A stretch of DNA of 64,000 nt from Clostridia bacterium (lineage in GTDB: Bacteria; Bacillota; Clostridia; UMGS1883; UMGS1540), in the NCBI GenBank assembly GCA_045656005.1, contig JAZOQG010000003.1, positions 2,226 to 66,225 on the forward strand. Reading direction: 5' to 3'. A program made the translations under genes and the position numbers. The first letter of the stretch is position 1. The number at the start of each line of letters is the position of its first letter. This document shows, piece by piece, positions 1 through 10,122 of this stretch. Below the pieces are notes generated by a model. It made no database searches, was not told the origin of the DNA, and saw only the letters and a list, made by a program, of their open reading frames with translations.

Positions 1-2130
1 TATTATGCGGCGAAGCGGTCTCGCACCGTTTTTGGGGTCATAACCCTTTTCAAGAAGGAGTGAGAGTGCATCCTCGGTGATTTCAAATTTTATATCACGT
101 TCCATAAGTTTTTCGGAAAATTCACCCACAAGTTTTCTCAAAATTTCCAGAAGGACATCTTTGGAAAGAGAATTAAATGTAATTATCTCATCAATTCTAT
201 TGATAAATTCGGGTCTGAAATACTCTTTAAGTGCGGCTTTTACCTTGTCCTCCGATGCCTTAGCTTCGTTTATGGTGTAGCCGGGGGCATTGCCTTTATG
301 GTCGCTTCCCGCATTTGATGTCATTATTATAATAGTATTTTTAAAGCTGACAACCTTTCCGTGGCTATCGCATATTCTTCCGTCTTCAAAAATCTGCAGA
401 AGAATATTTAAAACATCTGCATGAGCCTTTTCAATTTCATCAAGTAAAATTATGGAATATGGTTTTCTTCTTACTTTCTCGGTAAGCTGACCTGCATCAT
501 CATACCCTACATATCCCGGAGGCGCTCCTATAATTTTGGAAACGGCATGTTTCTCCATGTATTCCGACATGTCAAGGCGGATTAAAGCTTCTTCGCTATC
601 AAACATTGCTTCGGCAAGGGAAAGTACCAGCTCTGTTTTTCCGACACCTGTGGAGCCTGTAAAAATAAAGGATACGGGTCTCTCTTTCTTGGAAAGACCG
701 ACGCGGTTTCGGAGAATTGCCGCAGAAATTGCGTCAATCGCCTTATCTTGTCCTTTTACTCTTTTGCGAAGTGTTTCAGGGAGTGACAAGAGCTTTTCGT
801 TTTCACCCTTTGTAATGCTTGCGGCAGGTATTTTTGTCCATTTTTCTATTACCTTTGCAACATCTTCGGTAGTAAGGGCGGGGGTTGTAATTTCGACTTC
901 AAGCAGTTTCTTTTCGTCTTCAAGACGGCAAAGATTCATGCGAAGTTCTGCAATTTTTTCATATCCGTTCTCTTCGCCCGACGCTTCTTCGAGCTGTGCA
1001 TTGATTTTTTCAATGTCGCAGTTTATGTTGTAAAGTTTTGAAAGAGAAGTGTTTTTAAGATTTGCGCGCGATGCCGCTTCGTCTATTATATCAATTGCTT
1101 TATCGGGAAGATATCGGTCAGTAATATATCTTTCACTTAATTTTGTGGCAGAAATTATAACCTCGGTTGGAATTTCTACCTTGTGAAATTTTTCATAGTA
1201 CGGGCGAAGTCCTTTTATAATTTCAATAGTTTCGTCTATTGTAGGCTCATCCACCATTATTGGCTGAAATCTTCTCTCTAAAGCAGTATCTTTTTCAATA
1301 AATTTTCTATATTCTGTGGTGGTTGTTGCGCCTATTATCTGAATTTCGCCTCTTGCAAGAGAGGGTTTTAATATATTTGCGGCACTCATTGCCCCGTCAG
1401 CATCGCCTGCGGCAACAATATTATGAATTTCGTCTATAACCAAAATTATATTGCCTGCTTTTTTTACTTCTTCCAGAATTGACTTGAGTCTCGCCTCAAA
1501 CTGCCCGCGAAACTGAGTTCCTGCGACAATAGAAGTAAAATCAAGAAGGTAAATGCGGTGATTTAACAGTTTTTCGGGAACTGTGCCTGCGGCAATGCGA
1601 AGGGCAAGTCCTTCTGCAATTGCAGTTTTGCCGACACCCGGCTCACCAATAAGGCAGGGGTTATTTTTTGTGCGTCTGTTTAAAACCTCAATGCACCTTG
1701 TAATCTCGCTTTCTCTTCCTACAACGGGGTCAACAAGTCCTTCTGCGGCACGTTTTGTAAGGTCTGTGCCATAAGAATCGAGAAGGCTTTTCTTTTTCTT
1801 CTTTTCTTTTTTGCCATTTTCTTTTTTAGATGTTTCTTCTTCTGCGTTTCCGCCTGCAAGTTTGAAAAAGCTCTTAATGGGATTGTCATCGTCATCATCA
1901 ACAAAAGACTCCATCATATCCCCGGGCATACCAAAAAAGCCTGCCATCTGCTCTTCAAGATTATCAAAATCCTCGGGGCTTATTCCCATGGCTTCCATAG
2001 ACTTTGAAACATCAATCCCAAGCTCTTTTGCGCAGGGAAGGCAAAGACCTTCATTTATCGTTTTTCCGTTTTCCATTCTTGTAACAAATATAACTGCAAG
2101 ATTTTTTTTGCAGTGTGAACACATCATCAT
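1..2130 (-). CDS. clpE: ATP-dependent Clp protease ATP-binding subunit, ClpE-like (N-terminal CxxC...CxxC zinc ribbon, two AAA+ modules). C-terminus runs off the window.
   Basis: Minus-strand translation begins MMMCSHCKK...CLPCAKELG. It contains two Walker A sites ([15 protein letters not shown] and [20 protein letters not shown]) and ends GARPLRRII at the window edge. The ORF track shows only short antisense ORFs here because the gene is partial. Confidence 0.8.
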   Translation of the reverse strand, partial: MMMCSHCKKNLAVIFVTRMENGKTINEGLCLPCAKELGIDVSKSMEAMGISPEDFDNLEEQMAGFFGMPGDMMESFVDDDDDNPIKSFFKLAGGNAEEETSKKENGKKEKKKKKSLLDSYGTDLTKRAAEGLVDPVVGRESEITRCIEVLNRRTKNNPCLIGEPGVGKTAIAEGLALRIAAGTVPEKLLNHRIYLLDFTSIVAGTQFRGQFEARLKSILEEVKKAGNIILVIDEIHNIVAAGDADGAMSAANILKPSLARGEIQIIGATTTTEYRKFIEKDTALERRFQPIMVDEPTIDETIEIIKGLRPYYEKFHKVEIPTEVIISATKLSERYITDRYLPDKAIDIIDEAASRANLKNTSLSKLYNINCDIEKINAQLEEASGEENGYEKIAELRMNLCRLEDEKKLLEVEITTPALTTEDVAKVIEKWTKIPAASITKGENEKLLSLPETLRKRVKGQDKAIDAISAAILRNRVGLSKKERPVSFIFTGSTGVGKTELVLSLAEAMFDSEEALIRLDMSEYMEKHAVSKIIGAPPGYVGYDDAGQLTEKVRRKPYSIILLDEIEKAHADVLNILLQIFEDGRICDSHGKVVSFKNTIIIMTSNAGSDHKGNAPGYTINEAKASEDKVKAALKEYFRPEFINRIDEIITFNSLSKDVLLEILRKLVGEFSEKLMERDIKFEITEDALSLLLEKGYDPKNGARPLRRII

Positions 2131-2214
2131 TAAAACCAAATCCTTAAAATTATTGTGCAAGGCACTAAACTATATTGTAACATAAAACTTTAAATAAGTT
2201 TATTAACATTCTGT

Positions 2215-2243
2215 AAAAAATCTGCCAAAAGGCAGATTTTTAT
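2215..2243. terminator. Bidirectional rho-independent terminator downstream of the L,D-transpeptidase gene
   Basis: aaaaaatctgcc-aaaa-ggcagattttt: an 8-bp perfect stem flanked by an A-run and a T-run. Confidence 0.6.
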
Positions 2244-2278
2244 TACATATGGTCAGGGCTGTGCATTTTATCACATTC

Positions 2279-3418
2279 CTAGTAAACTATAACTGTTGTG
2301 TTAAATGGCATGTCTCTTTCCATCCATCTTACATCATCATCATACATTCTTATACACCCGTGTGATGCAGGACGGCCAATGGTGGCATCAATGAGTGTTG
2401 AGCCATCGGGAGTATAAAGTCTTGAATGAAATGCAAGTCCTCTGTAAAGTTCAAAATATAAAATGGGGCGCACCTGATAATCGGGTTTTACCCATTTATC
2501 TTCTCTTGCAATGTATTTATAAACTCCCATGGGTGTAGGAGTTGTGTTTGCACCTGTAGCGCAAGAGAAAGATTTTAAAATCTTCCATTTAAAACGGCTT
2601 CCTACAAAAATATTAACTTTCTGCCTTCTGGGGTTAATCCAGATAAGGTAACCTGTCTGGCTGTCGTAACCTTTTGCATTTACAAAAATTTCTTTCTCGT
2701 CATTTGTATAGTCACCCGACTCTGTAAAGTTTGAGGAAGAAATGCGAACACTGCCATATGGCACCCATACATATGTTGCATCGGGAAGCTGAATGTAAGC
2801 AGAATATTCCTCGTTATGGTCATAATATATAACGGAAGTGCCTGCCGCAACTGTTCCCACTTTATTTGTAAGGGAGCTGTTTCCGTATGTAGCAGAGGAA
2901 GAAGTTACTGTGGCTCTTATCTGCATCGGCTGAACAAGTTCCAAAACCCTTTGTACCTCGGTGTCAATATAAGTGTCAGGGCTATAGGGAATTGTGATAA
3001 GCTCTTCTCTTATAATTCCGTCAACTGCAATATCCACACTTACTCCTGTGGAGCCTTTAGGAGAATAGTAGGGCAAAAGTCCCTGATAGCTTATGGTAAT
3101 CCCTTCGTAAAGGTCGATATTGCTATAGTATCCGTCAGAAAGAGGAACGCCGTCTTGCTTCCACTGAAGGGACGCTGTGGTGCCTTCGGGAACATTTGTA
3201 ATTTTCATTTCAACCATTACGGGCTGATTTTTCATAAGGCTTTCGCTATGAGATGTAAATTCCACTCCGAGGCTTTTAACAACGCTCGGCGGTGCTGCGG
3301 GGGGACGCGGGTATGCACCCAGTGCCCTTATAACCTCAAGCTCCCTTGCAGATGCAGGAGCATAAAGTGTACATATTGTGATTGTAATTGCAAGAATCAA
3401 AGTAATAATTTTTTTCAA
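2279..3418 (-). CDS. L,D-transpeptidase (YkuD-family) with signal peptide
   Basis: N-terminal signal peptide and a C-terminal catalytic motif GRPASHGCIRM (H-G-C of LD-TPase). Confidence 0.7.
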   Translation of the reverse strand: MKKIITLILAITITICTLYAPASARELEVIRALGAYPRPPAAPPSVVKSLGVEFTSHSESLMKNQPVMVEMKITNVPEGTTASLQWKQDGVPLSDGYYSNIDLYEGITISYQGLLPYYSPKGSTGVSVDIAVDGIIREELITIPYSPDTYIDTEVQRVLELVQPMQIRATVTSSSATYGNSSLTNKVGTVAAGTSVIYYDHNEEYSAYIQLPDATYVWVPYGSVRISSSNFTESGDYTNDEKEIFVNAKGYDSQTGYLIWINPRRQKVNIFVGSRFKWKILKSFSCATGANTTPTPMGVYKYIAREDKWVKPDYQVRPILYFELYRGLAFHSRLYTPDGSTLIDATIGRPASHGCIRMYDDDVRWMERDMPFNTTVIVY

Positions 3419-3490
3419 TATAATCCGCCTTTCGGAAATTTTTAAATCAATTAATTATACAGCCACAATCTCTGGTTGTCAACTGAAAAA

Positions 3491-4360
3491 TTAAGGAAAA
3501 ATCAACTCATTTTGAGGCAAAGCAGAAAATGAAAAGCACTTATGTGCTCTTTTAAAGTGGGAAACAGCTTTTTTTGCTTCCTTTTGCGAGTTAAAAATGC
3601 CGAAAACTGCTGAGCCGCTTCCGCTCATGCAACTGCCAAGAGCACCAAAGGACAAAAGCTCACTTTTATATTTTACGAGGTCTTTATATCTGGGCTCTAC
3701 GGCTTTTTCCAAAACATTGAAGGCTCTTATGGAAAGTGCGTGCAAATCCTTCGAGTTAAGTGCTGAAATTATGCCATCTGTATCGGGGTGATATTCACAT
3801 TCTGAGAGCGAAAAGTTTTCAAAAACTGTTTTGGTGCTTATAGAAAGAGAAGGTTTTATAAGCACGATATGGCACTCGGGCATAGATGGAAGGGGAGTTA
3901 AAATTTCGCCCACACCTTCTGCAAGGTGAGTGCCGCCCCTCATGCAGAAAACGACATCTGCTCCGCAAGATAGCCCTATTTTTTCCAAGTTTTCACTTTC
4001 TATGGGGAAACCATGCATTTTATTAAGTCCCAGAAGAGCGGCGGCGGCATCTGCACTTCCGCCTCCAAGTCCTGCTCCCATCGGGATTTTCTTGTCAATA
4101 TATATATCTGCTGCAGGATTTTTTCCTATTTCTGCATAGAAAAGCTCCGCAGCTTTAAAAACAATATTCCGTCTGTCGCAAGGAAGATAGGAAAGGTTTG
4201 ATTTTATGCGTATTCCGTCATAATCAGTATTTATAAAAACCTTATCGTGAAGGCTTACCGACTGCATAACCGATTTAAGATTATGATAGCCGTCAGCCCT
4301 TTTTCCCACAACGTCAAGAGAAATATTTATTTTTGCATAGGCTTTAAAACATTCTCTCAT
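3491..4360 (-). CDS. ispE: 4-diphosphocytidyl-2-C-methyl-D-erythritol kinase
   Basis: GHMP kinase motif PMGAGLGGGSADAAAALLGLN. N-terminus reads KINISLDVVGKRADGYH. Confidence 0.85.
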   Translation of the reverse strand: MRECFKAYAKINISLDVVGKRADGYHNLKSVMQSVSLHDKVFINTDYDGIRIKSNLSYLPCDRRNIVFKAAELFYAEIGKNPAADIYIDKKIPMGAGLGGGSADAAAALLGLNKMHGFPIESENLEKIGLSCGADVVFCMRGGTHLAEGVGEILTPLPSMPECHIVLIKPSLSISTKTVFENFSLSECEYHPDTDGIISALNSKDLHALSIRAFNVLEKAVEPRYKDLVKYKSELLSFGALGSCMSGSGSAVFGIFNSQKEAKKAVSHFKRAHKCFSFSALPQNELIFP

Positions 4361-5229
4361 TTATTTTCTCCGACTAATTTTTTAAGATATTCCATAAATT
4401 CGTCTTTGATGTCATCACGGCGAAGTGCCTGCTCAACAGTGGCCTGCAAAAATCCCATTTTATTACCGACATCATAGCGCTTGCCAATAAAATCATAGGC
4501 ATAAATAGGTTGTTTGGCTGAAAGCATGGAAAGTGCATCTGTAAGCTGAATTTCTCCGCCTGCACCAGGGGTTACATTCTCGAGGCACTCAAAAATTTCA
4601 GGAGTTATGATATATCTTCCCAAAACTGCAATGCGGGAAGGTGCATCTTCTTTTTTTGGTTTTTCAACCATATCCAAAACTCTGTAAACTCGGTCTGAAA
4701 CGGGACCTGGTTTTATGATTCCATATTTTGAAACGTCGTTTTCAGAAACTGTCTGAACACCTAAGATACTGCAGGAATATTTTTCGTAAACGTCAATCAT
4801 CTGTTTAAGGCATGGGGTTTCGCTGTGAACTATATCGTCACCCAAAAGTACTGCAAAAGGCTCATGACCTACAAAAGATTTTGCACAGTGGATGGCATGT
4901 CCGAGTCCGAGTGCCTCTTTTTGTCTTACATAATGAATGTTTGCGAGAGAGGAAATTGGTTCAATCTGCTCTATAAAATCAAATTTACCTGCTCTTTTAA
5001 GCTCGTTTTCAAGCTCGTAGGATTTATCAAAATGGTCCTCAATAGCTCTTTTTCCGCGACCTGTTATAATGAGAATATCCTCAATACCTGATGACGCTGC
5101 CTCCTCAATAATGTATTGCAAAGTAGGAGTGTCAACTATGGGGAGCATTTCCTTCGGAACTGCTTTTGTAGCAGGGAGAAATCTTGTTCCCAGTCCTGCT
5201 GCAGGGATAACCGCTTTTTTGATTTTCAT
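4357..5229 (-). CDS. galU: UTP--glucose-1-phosphate uridylyltransferase
   Basis: N-terminus KKAVIPAAGLGTRFLPATKAVPKEMLPIVD is the canonical GalU signature. Its stop overlaps the ispE start. Confidence 0.85.
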   Translation of the reverse strand: MKIKKAVIPAAGLGTRFLPATKAVPKEMLPIVDTPTLQYIIEEAASSGIEDILIITGRGKRAIEDHFDKSYELENELKRAGKFDFIEQIEPISSLANIHYVRQKEALGLGHAIHCAKSFVGHEPFAVLLGDDIVHSETPCLKQMIDVYEKYSCSILGVQTVSENDVSKYGIIKPGPVSDRVYRVLDMVEKPKKEDAPSRIAVLGRYIITPEIFECLENVTPGAGGEIQLTDALSMLSAKQPIYAYDFIGKRYDVGNKMGFLQATVEQALRRDDIKDEFMEYLKKLVGENK

Positions 5230-5248
5230 AATAACAAATCCTTTCTTT

Positions 5249-5959
5249 TTAATTTATTTTCCAGTCGGGCAACGTATCTTTTATTGCGGTGAAAACTCTT
5301 TCGGAAAGTCCGTGGTTTTCACTATTTAATCTTTTGAGAAGGTTTTTCATATCCTCTCTTTTTGTATTTCCGTCAGCAGGGCATGAGCTTTTTACTGTCG
5401 GAATATCATTTCTGTTCATAAAACCAATAACCTGATGCTCTGTCATATAAATAAGAGGTCTTATCACGTGAATGTCTTTTCTGTCAAGATATGTTACTGG
5501 ACTAAAGCATCCTATTCTGCCTTCATAAAAGAGTGAAAGAAAAAAGGTTTCGATAACATCATCAAAGTGATGGCCGAGTGCCACTTTATTGCATCCATGT
5601 TCTTTTGCGGCATCATGAAGTGCACCGCGGCGAAGTTTTGCACAAAGAGAACAGGGACTTTTTTCCTGCCTTATATCAAAAACTATTTCGGCTATGTTTG
5701 TTTTCTGAATTACAAGGTCTATTCCTGCGTTTTTGAAGCACTCTGTAAGGGGAGAATAGTCCATGCCGGGAAAACCCATATCAAGGCTTATGGGGACTAT
5801 CTCAAATTTTTGCGGATAAAAACGCTTTAAAGCATTAAGACCAAGGGCGAGGGTGCTGCTGTCTTTCCCGCCTGAAATGCCAACGGCAATGCGGTCACCC
5901 TCATTTATCATTTTATAATCATCCACCGCTCGGCGGATATAGCTTAAAACTCTTCTCAA
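5249..5959 (-). CDS. ttcA: TtcA-family PP-loop ATPase (tRNA 2-thiocytidine synthetase-like)
   Basis: PP-loop SGGKDS, a CSLC motif and a second Cys cluster. Length 236 aa. Confidence 0.6.
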   Translation of the reverse strand: MRRVLSYIRRAVDDYKMINEGDRIAVGISGGKDSSTLALGLNALKRFYPQKFEIVPISLDMGFPGMDYSPLTECFKNAGIDLVIQKTNIAEIVFDIRQEKSPCSLCAKLRRGALHDAAKEHGCNKVALGHHFDDVIETFFLSLFYEGRIGCFSPVTYLDRKDIHVIRPLIYMTEHQVIGFMNRNDIPTVKSSCPADGNTKREDMKNLLKRLNSENHGLSERVFTAIKDTLPDWKIN

Positions 5960-5965
5960 TATTCT

Positions 5966-7243
5966 TTACCTCGAAGTCTTTCTTCTGCGTCTGCGTCTCC
6001 TGCGTTGTCTTTTAAAAGAAGAATAAAGAAACCAAGTTACAAATGCAAACACTAAAAGAATATAAAATACTGCTGATTTAAAAAGTTTGTAAATGGGTTT
6101 AAAAATAAAGGCAAGCGGGATTTTTGAATAATCGGAAACAGAAAGCATATCACACTCTCCTACCTTTACTCCGTCATACCAGTATTCCATTCTGCCAAGT
6201 TTTTCACCAAGTTTTACGGGTGCCTTAACAGTTTGTTTTATGTACTCTTTCTTTTCGATTTTCTTGGGGTCTGCGCCTTTTGGTAAAATGAGATTGACAG
6301 TTTGAGACGCAGTTAAAATTGCCTCATCAGAAAAACTGCTTTTTATTGGGATAGAGCTTATTATGTCATCTTTTTTTGCGACAGTATGAGCATCATGGTT
6401 TTCAAAGCCATACTTTAAAAGTTTTTTACTGTCAACAAAAGACGAAGTTTCTGTGTCATCAGGTTTTGCACCTAAAACTGCGGATATATATTTTTCGTTT
6501 CCGCTTTCGGCACATGCAACAAGGCAATAGCCTGCATGGCTTGTATATCCCGTCTTTATTCCTGTTGCATACTGATAATAATATTTTGATTTTTTATCAA
6601 GAAGGTGATTTGTTGAGTGCAAAATGCGTTCCTCGTCCATTTTATTTGTGGGAGGAATGGTGTGTTTTGTCATTTTAACGGCTTCTGCAAAAAATGGAAG
6701 TTTCATTGCATACACTGCGATTTTTGAAAGGTCCTTTGCAGTTGTGTAATGGTTTTCGTCATGAAGTCCGTGGGGGTTTGTAAAATGGGTATTTTCACAT
6801 CCGAGTTCCTTTACTTTTTTGTTCATAAGCTCAACAAAACCTTCTGGGGTTTTGCTTATATATTCTGCGAGAACATTTGCCGCATCATTTGCAGAGGCAA
6901 TTATAAGAGAATAGAGCAAGTTCTCAAAGGACATTTTTTCCCCTTCGGAAAGATTTATTTTACTGCTGTCATATTCTATACTGTTGACAGCATAAAAACT
7001 AGCTGTGAGCATTTCGTTTTTTTCGAGTCCGCCACTTTCAATTGCTAAAATTGCGGTAACAATTTTTGTGGTTGAAGCAGGGTACATCTTTTTATCCGAA
7101 TTTTTTTCAAAAAGAGTAAGCCCTGATTCGCCGTCAACCAAAACTGCTGACGGGGATTTTAATGATATTTCAGCTGAACATACGCAGGTAAACGCAAGGA
7201 TAAATGCCAGAGTGAGTAAAATTATTTTTTTAAAGTAACTCAT
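5966..7243 (-). CDS. D-alanyl-D-alanine carboxypeptidase (serine-type, PBP5/DacF-like)
   Basis: Signal peptide, SxxK motif (ASTTK), C-terminal membrane anchor, then an unusual KRQRRRRRRRRK tail. Confidence 0.75.
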   Translation of the reverse strand: MSYFKKIILLTLAFILAFTCVCSAEISLKSPSAVLVDGESGLTLFEKNSDKKMYPASTTKIVTAILAIESGGLEKNEMLTASFYAVNSIEYDSSKINLSEGEKMSFENLLYSLIIASANDAANVLAEYISKTPEGFVELMNKKVKELGCENTHFTNPHGLHDENHYTTAKDLSKIAVYAMKLPFFAEAVKMTKHTIPPTNKMDEERILHSTNHLLDKKSKYYYQYATGIKTGYTSHAGYCLVACAESGNEKYISAVLGAKPDDTETSSFVDSKKLLKYGFENHDAHTVAKKDDIISSIPIKSSFSDEAILTASQTVNLILPKGADPKKIEKKEYIKQTVKAPVKLGEKLGRMEYWYDGVKVGECDMLSVSDYSKIPLAFIFKPIYKLFKSAVFYILLVFAFVTWFLYSSFKRQRRRRRRRRKTSR

Positions 7244-7301
7244 AAATTGCTCCTATCTTATCGGTAGTAAAAAAGTATATAAGTATTTTTTGTCAAAAGT
7301 G

Positions 7302-7330
7302 TTGAAAAAATTTCTATTATATTATATAAT
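7302..7330 (+). promoter_or_regulatory. Sigma-A type promoter (TTGAAA-17-TATAAT) for comEA / two-component operon
   Basis: ttgaaa 7302-7307, 17-nt spacer, tataat 7325-7330. Confidence 0.5.
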
Positions 7331-7380
7331 ATAACAAAACTTCTGTTGTGGCAAGTAATTTTTTTATTTGAGGATAAATT

Positions 7381-7938
7381 ATGTTAAAAATACTTGAAAA
7401 GTATAAAGAAAAAATTATTTCCATTTCCATTTGCATAATGGTGCTTTTAATACTTGGCATGGTTTCTGCAAATTATTTAAATGAGACGGCAGACAGAAAA
7501 GAGTTGGAAGCGATGCTTTCGGAAAATGACAAAGCGGGAACAATAGAGGTTGAGGTCGGTGGTGAGGTTATAAACCCCGGAAGATACTCTCTTAAAGAAG
7601 GCTCCCGTGTGGGTGATGCCATTGAGGCGGCGGGAGGCTTTACGGAAAATGCAAACAGAAAAATAAACATTGCTTTTTTACTTAGAAATGGAGAAAAAGT
7701 AATTGTTGCGGACAGGGAAAGCGAGCCGAACTCAGGCATTGCATACAAGGTGAATTTAAACACGGCAACGAAATACGAACTTATGTCTATTGACGGCATA
7801 GGAGACAAAACGGCAGAAAGAATATTGGCGTACAGAGATAAAATGGGTGGTTTTTCTTCCCCACAGCAAATAATGGAAGTCAGGGGAATAGGTGAAAAGA
7901 TGTATGATGAAATAAAAAATATTATTGTGACAGAATAA
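7381..7938 (+). CDS. comEA: ComEA-family competence protein (SLBB + tandem helix-hairpin-helix)
   Basis: N-terminal TM segment. C-terminal NLNTATKYELMSIDGIGDKTAERILAYRDKMGGFSSPQQIMEVRGIGEKMYDEI is a HhH_3 domain. Confidence 0.75.
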   Translation: MLKILEKYKEKIISISICIMVLLILGMVSANYLNETADRKELEAMLSENDKAGTIEVEVGGEVINPGRYSLKEGSRVGDAIEAAGGFTENANRKINIAFLLRNGEKVIVADRESEPNSGIAYKVNLNTATKYELMSIDGIGDKTAERILAYRDKMGGFSSPQQIMEVRGIGEKMYDEIKNIIVTE

Positions 7939-7963
7939 ATTATGAAACGGAGTGAAATAAGAG

Positions 7964-8647
7964 TTGAAAATACTTATTGTTGATGACGAAAAGTTATTGG
8001 TTAAAGGAATTAAGTTTAATTTCGAACAGGAAGGTTTTGAGGTTGAAACCGCTTATGACGGCGAGGAAGCCTTGAAACTTGCGAGGGACAAAAGTATTGA
8101 CATTATTATTCTCGACCTTATGCTTCCTAAAATTGACGGGCTTGCGGTATGCCAGAAAATTCGCGATTTTTCAAAGGTGCCCATCATTATGCTCACGGCT
8201 AAAACTGATGACATGGACAAAATTTTAGGTCTTGAATATGGGGCGGACGATTATCTTACAAAGCCTTTTAACATTTTAGAGCTTAAGGCCAGAGTTAAAG
8301 CTATTCTCCGCAGAACAGGAAGCGGAAATGACGGAGGAAGAAAAGGTCAGCGAGGTGGCGCAGGGCTTGAGCTTGACTACAATCTCAGAAAACTTCGCAT
8401 AGACGACAAGTGGATAGAGCTTACATCAAAAGAATTTGACCTTATTGACCTTCTTGTAAGCAACGCAGGAAAAGTATATTCAAGAGAACATCTTCTTGAC
8501 ATTGTGTGGGGATATGATTATCCGGGAGATATCAGAACGGTTGACGTTCATGTGAGAAGACTCCGTGAAAAAATCGAGCCTGACCCGGCAACACCAACAT
8601 ATATACTCACCAAATGGGGGGTAGGTTACTATTTTAAAGAAAACTAA
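7964..8647 (+). CDS. OmpR-family response regulator (TTG start)
   Basis: Receiver domain KILIVDDE...DLMLP. C-terminal winged-helix TVDVHVRRLREKIE and YGYRF-like motif. Confidence 0.8.
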   Translation: MKILIVDDEKLLVKGIKFNFEQEGFEVETAYDGEEALKLARDKSIDIIILDLMLPKIDGLAVCQKIRDFSKVPIIMLTAKTDDMDKILGLEYGADDYLTKPFNILELKARVKAILRRTGSGNDGGRKGQRGGAGLELDYNLRKLRIDDKWIELTSKEFDLIDLLVSNAGKVYSREHLLDIVWGYDYPGDIRTVDVHVRRLREKIEPDPATPTYILTKWGVGYYFKEN

Positions 8648-8699
8648 TGCAGTTATAGGCAGTATAAAATGGCGCCTTGCGGCAACTTATGTTCTCATA

Positions 8700-10097
8700 A
8701 TGCTTGTGACACTTGTACTTATCATGGGATATGTTTTAAACCTTGTGAGCGAGTATTCTTTTAACGAAAGAAAAGTTGACCTTCTGACAAAGGCAAATAT
8801 TATTGCCAACTTTGCTGCACAGAGTAATTTTGAACAACTCAGGGGAATAAAGGAATTTAAGCAAACCATAGAAATGGTGGGCGATGCCAGAGTAATGTTC
8901 CTTGATGAAGATGCAAAGGTTTTGTTTGATACTTCGGAGGCCGCAAACCTCGTTGGAAAAACAATGCTCGTATCCCAGGTTGCAAAATCTCTTGAAGGGC
9001 AGGAAAGTGTTGAAAAAACAACTGAAAATGACAGAAACTACATTATAGTATCAGTTCCCGTAAAAGAGCAGGGAATGGTAGTGGGTGTGATTTACCTTCA
9101 GGCATCTTCTGACAGTATGGTAGAGTACCATGAGCACATGAGAAAAAATCTTCTCATTTTATCAGGTGTTATTTGTATCATCGTGGGAATTTTGAGCCTT
9201 GCGCTTTCAAATCTTTTTACAAGACCTATTTCAAAAATAAAGTCTAAAATTAAAGATATGAGCGACAGCAAGGTCAGAAAAACTATTGATTACAGAAGTG
9301 TTAATGAAATAAATGAACTTATTGAAGAGTTTAACAAAATGGTTGACCGCATAAATATAGTAGAGGAGAGAAGACAGCAGTTTGTGTCAAATGCTTCTCA
9401 TGAGCTTAAAACACCGTTAAGTTCTTTAAAACTTATTTGTGACTCGATTTTGCAAAATCCTGATGTGGATATGGAGGTTGTGCGTGAGTTTTTGTGCGAC
9501 ATGAATGACGAGGTTGACCGTCTTACAAGAATTACGAACAAACTTTTAAGCCTTACAAAGATGGATGCATCGGCAGAAGAAACAGAAATGGTTGAGCTTT
9601 CCGTTATAAATCTTAAGGGGCTTATGCGAAGGATTGTAAAATCATTAAAGCCTCTTGCGGAAGAGAAAAAAATTGACTTTGAGGTTTTGCTTCCCGAGGA
9701 CGTTTACGCAACTGTTGATGCAGATAAACTCTGGGAGGCGGTTTACAACATTGTTGACAACAGCATAAAATACACTCCTGATGGAGGCTGGGTTTATGTT
9801 GAAATGTACAGAGACAAGCAAGAGGTTTATATAACCGTTGCAGACAGCGGTATAGGTATGCAGGAAGAGGAAACCGAAAAAATATTTGACCGTTTTTACA
9901 GAGTTGACAAAGCAAGAGCAAGAGAAACGGGCGGAACGGGACTTGGTCTTTCTATTGCACAATCATCAGTTCAGCTTCACGGCGGAAGAATTTTTGTTGA
10001 AAGCCGTGAGGGAGTGGGAAGTCTTTTCAGAATTATTATTCCCACAGTTGCAAATTTAGGTGACGACAAAGAAAACAAAGAAGAGTCGGAAAAATAG
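8700..10097 (+). CDS. Sensor histidine kinase (HAMP-HisKA-HATPase_c). N-terminus may extend upstream through a non-ATG start.
   Basis: H-box FVSNASHELKTPL. N, G1, G2 boxes DNSIKYT, DSGIGM, GGTGLGL. The in-frame upstream sequence GSIKWRLAATYV looks like a kinase N-terminus, but no ATG, GTG or TTG precedes it. Confidence 0.8.
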   Translation: MLVTLVLIMGYVLNLVSEYSFNERKVDLLTKANIIANFAAQSNFEQLRGIKEFKQTIEMVGDARVMFLDEDAKVLFDTSEAANLVGKTMLVSQVAKSLEGQESVEKTTENDRNYIIVSVPVKEQGMVVGVIYLQASSDSMVEYHEHMRKNLLILSGVICIIVGILSLALSNLFTRPISKIKSKIKDMSDSKVRKTIDYRSVNEINELIEEFNKMVDRINIVEERRQQFVSNASHELKTPLSSLKLICDSILQNPDVDMEVVREFLCDMNDEVDRLTRITNKLLSLTKMDASAEETEMVELSVINLKGLMRRIVKSLKPLAEEKKIDFEVLLPEDVYATVDADKLWEAVYNIVDNSIKYTPDGGWVYVEMYRDKQEVYITVADSGIGMQEEETEKIFDRFYRVDKARARETGGTGLGLSIAQSSVQLHGGRIFVESREGVGSLFRIIIPTVANLGDDKENKEESEK

Positions 10098-10122
10098 ACA
10101 GAGCAAAAGGAGGAGAGATAAT

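Noticed and set aside
77-2185. Several 60-165-aa plus-strand ORFs in the ORF track (77-280, 536-1033, 1583-1774, 1811-2185)
   Set aside because: They are antisense to a continuous ClpE-like coding frame on the minus strand, which carries unmistakable AAA+ motifs. The long minus ORF is missing from the track only because it is partial.
2816-3445. 209-aa plus-strand ORF overlapping the L,D-transpeptidase gene
   Set aside because: Antisense shadow ORF. It is Cys- and Arg-rich and low-complexity, with no RBS.
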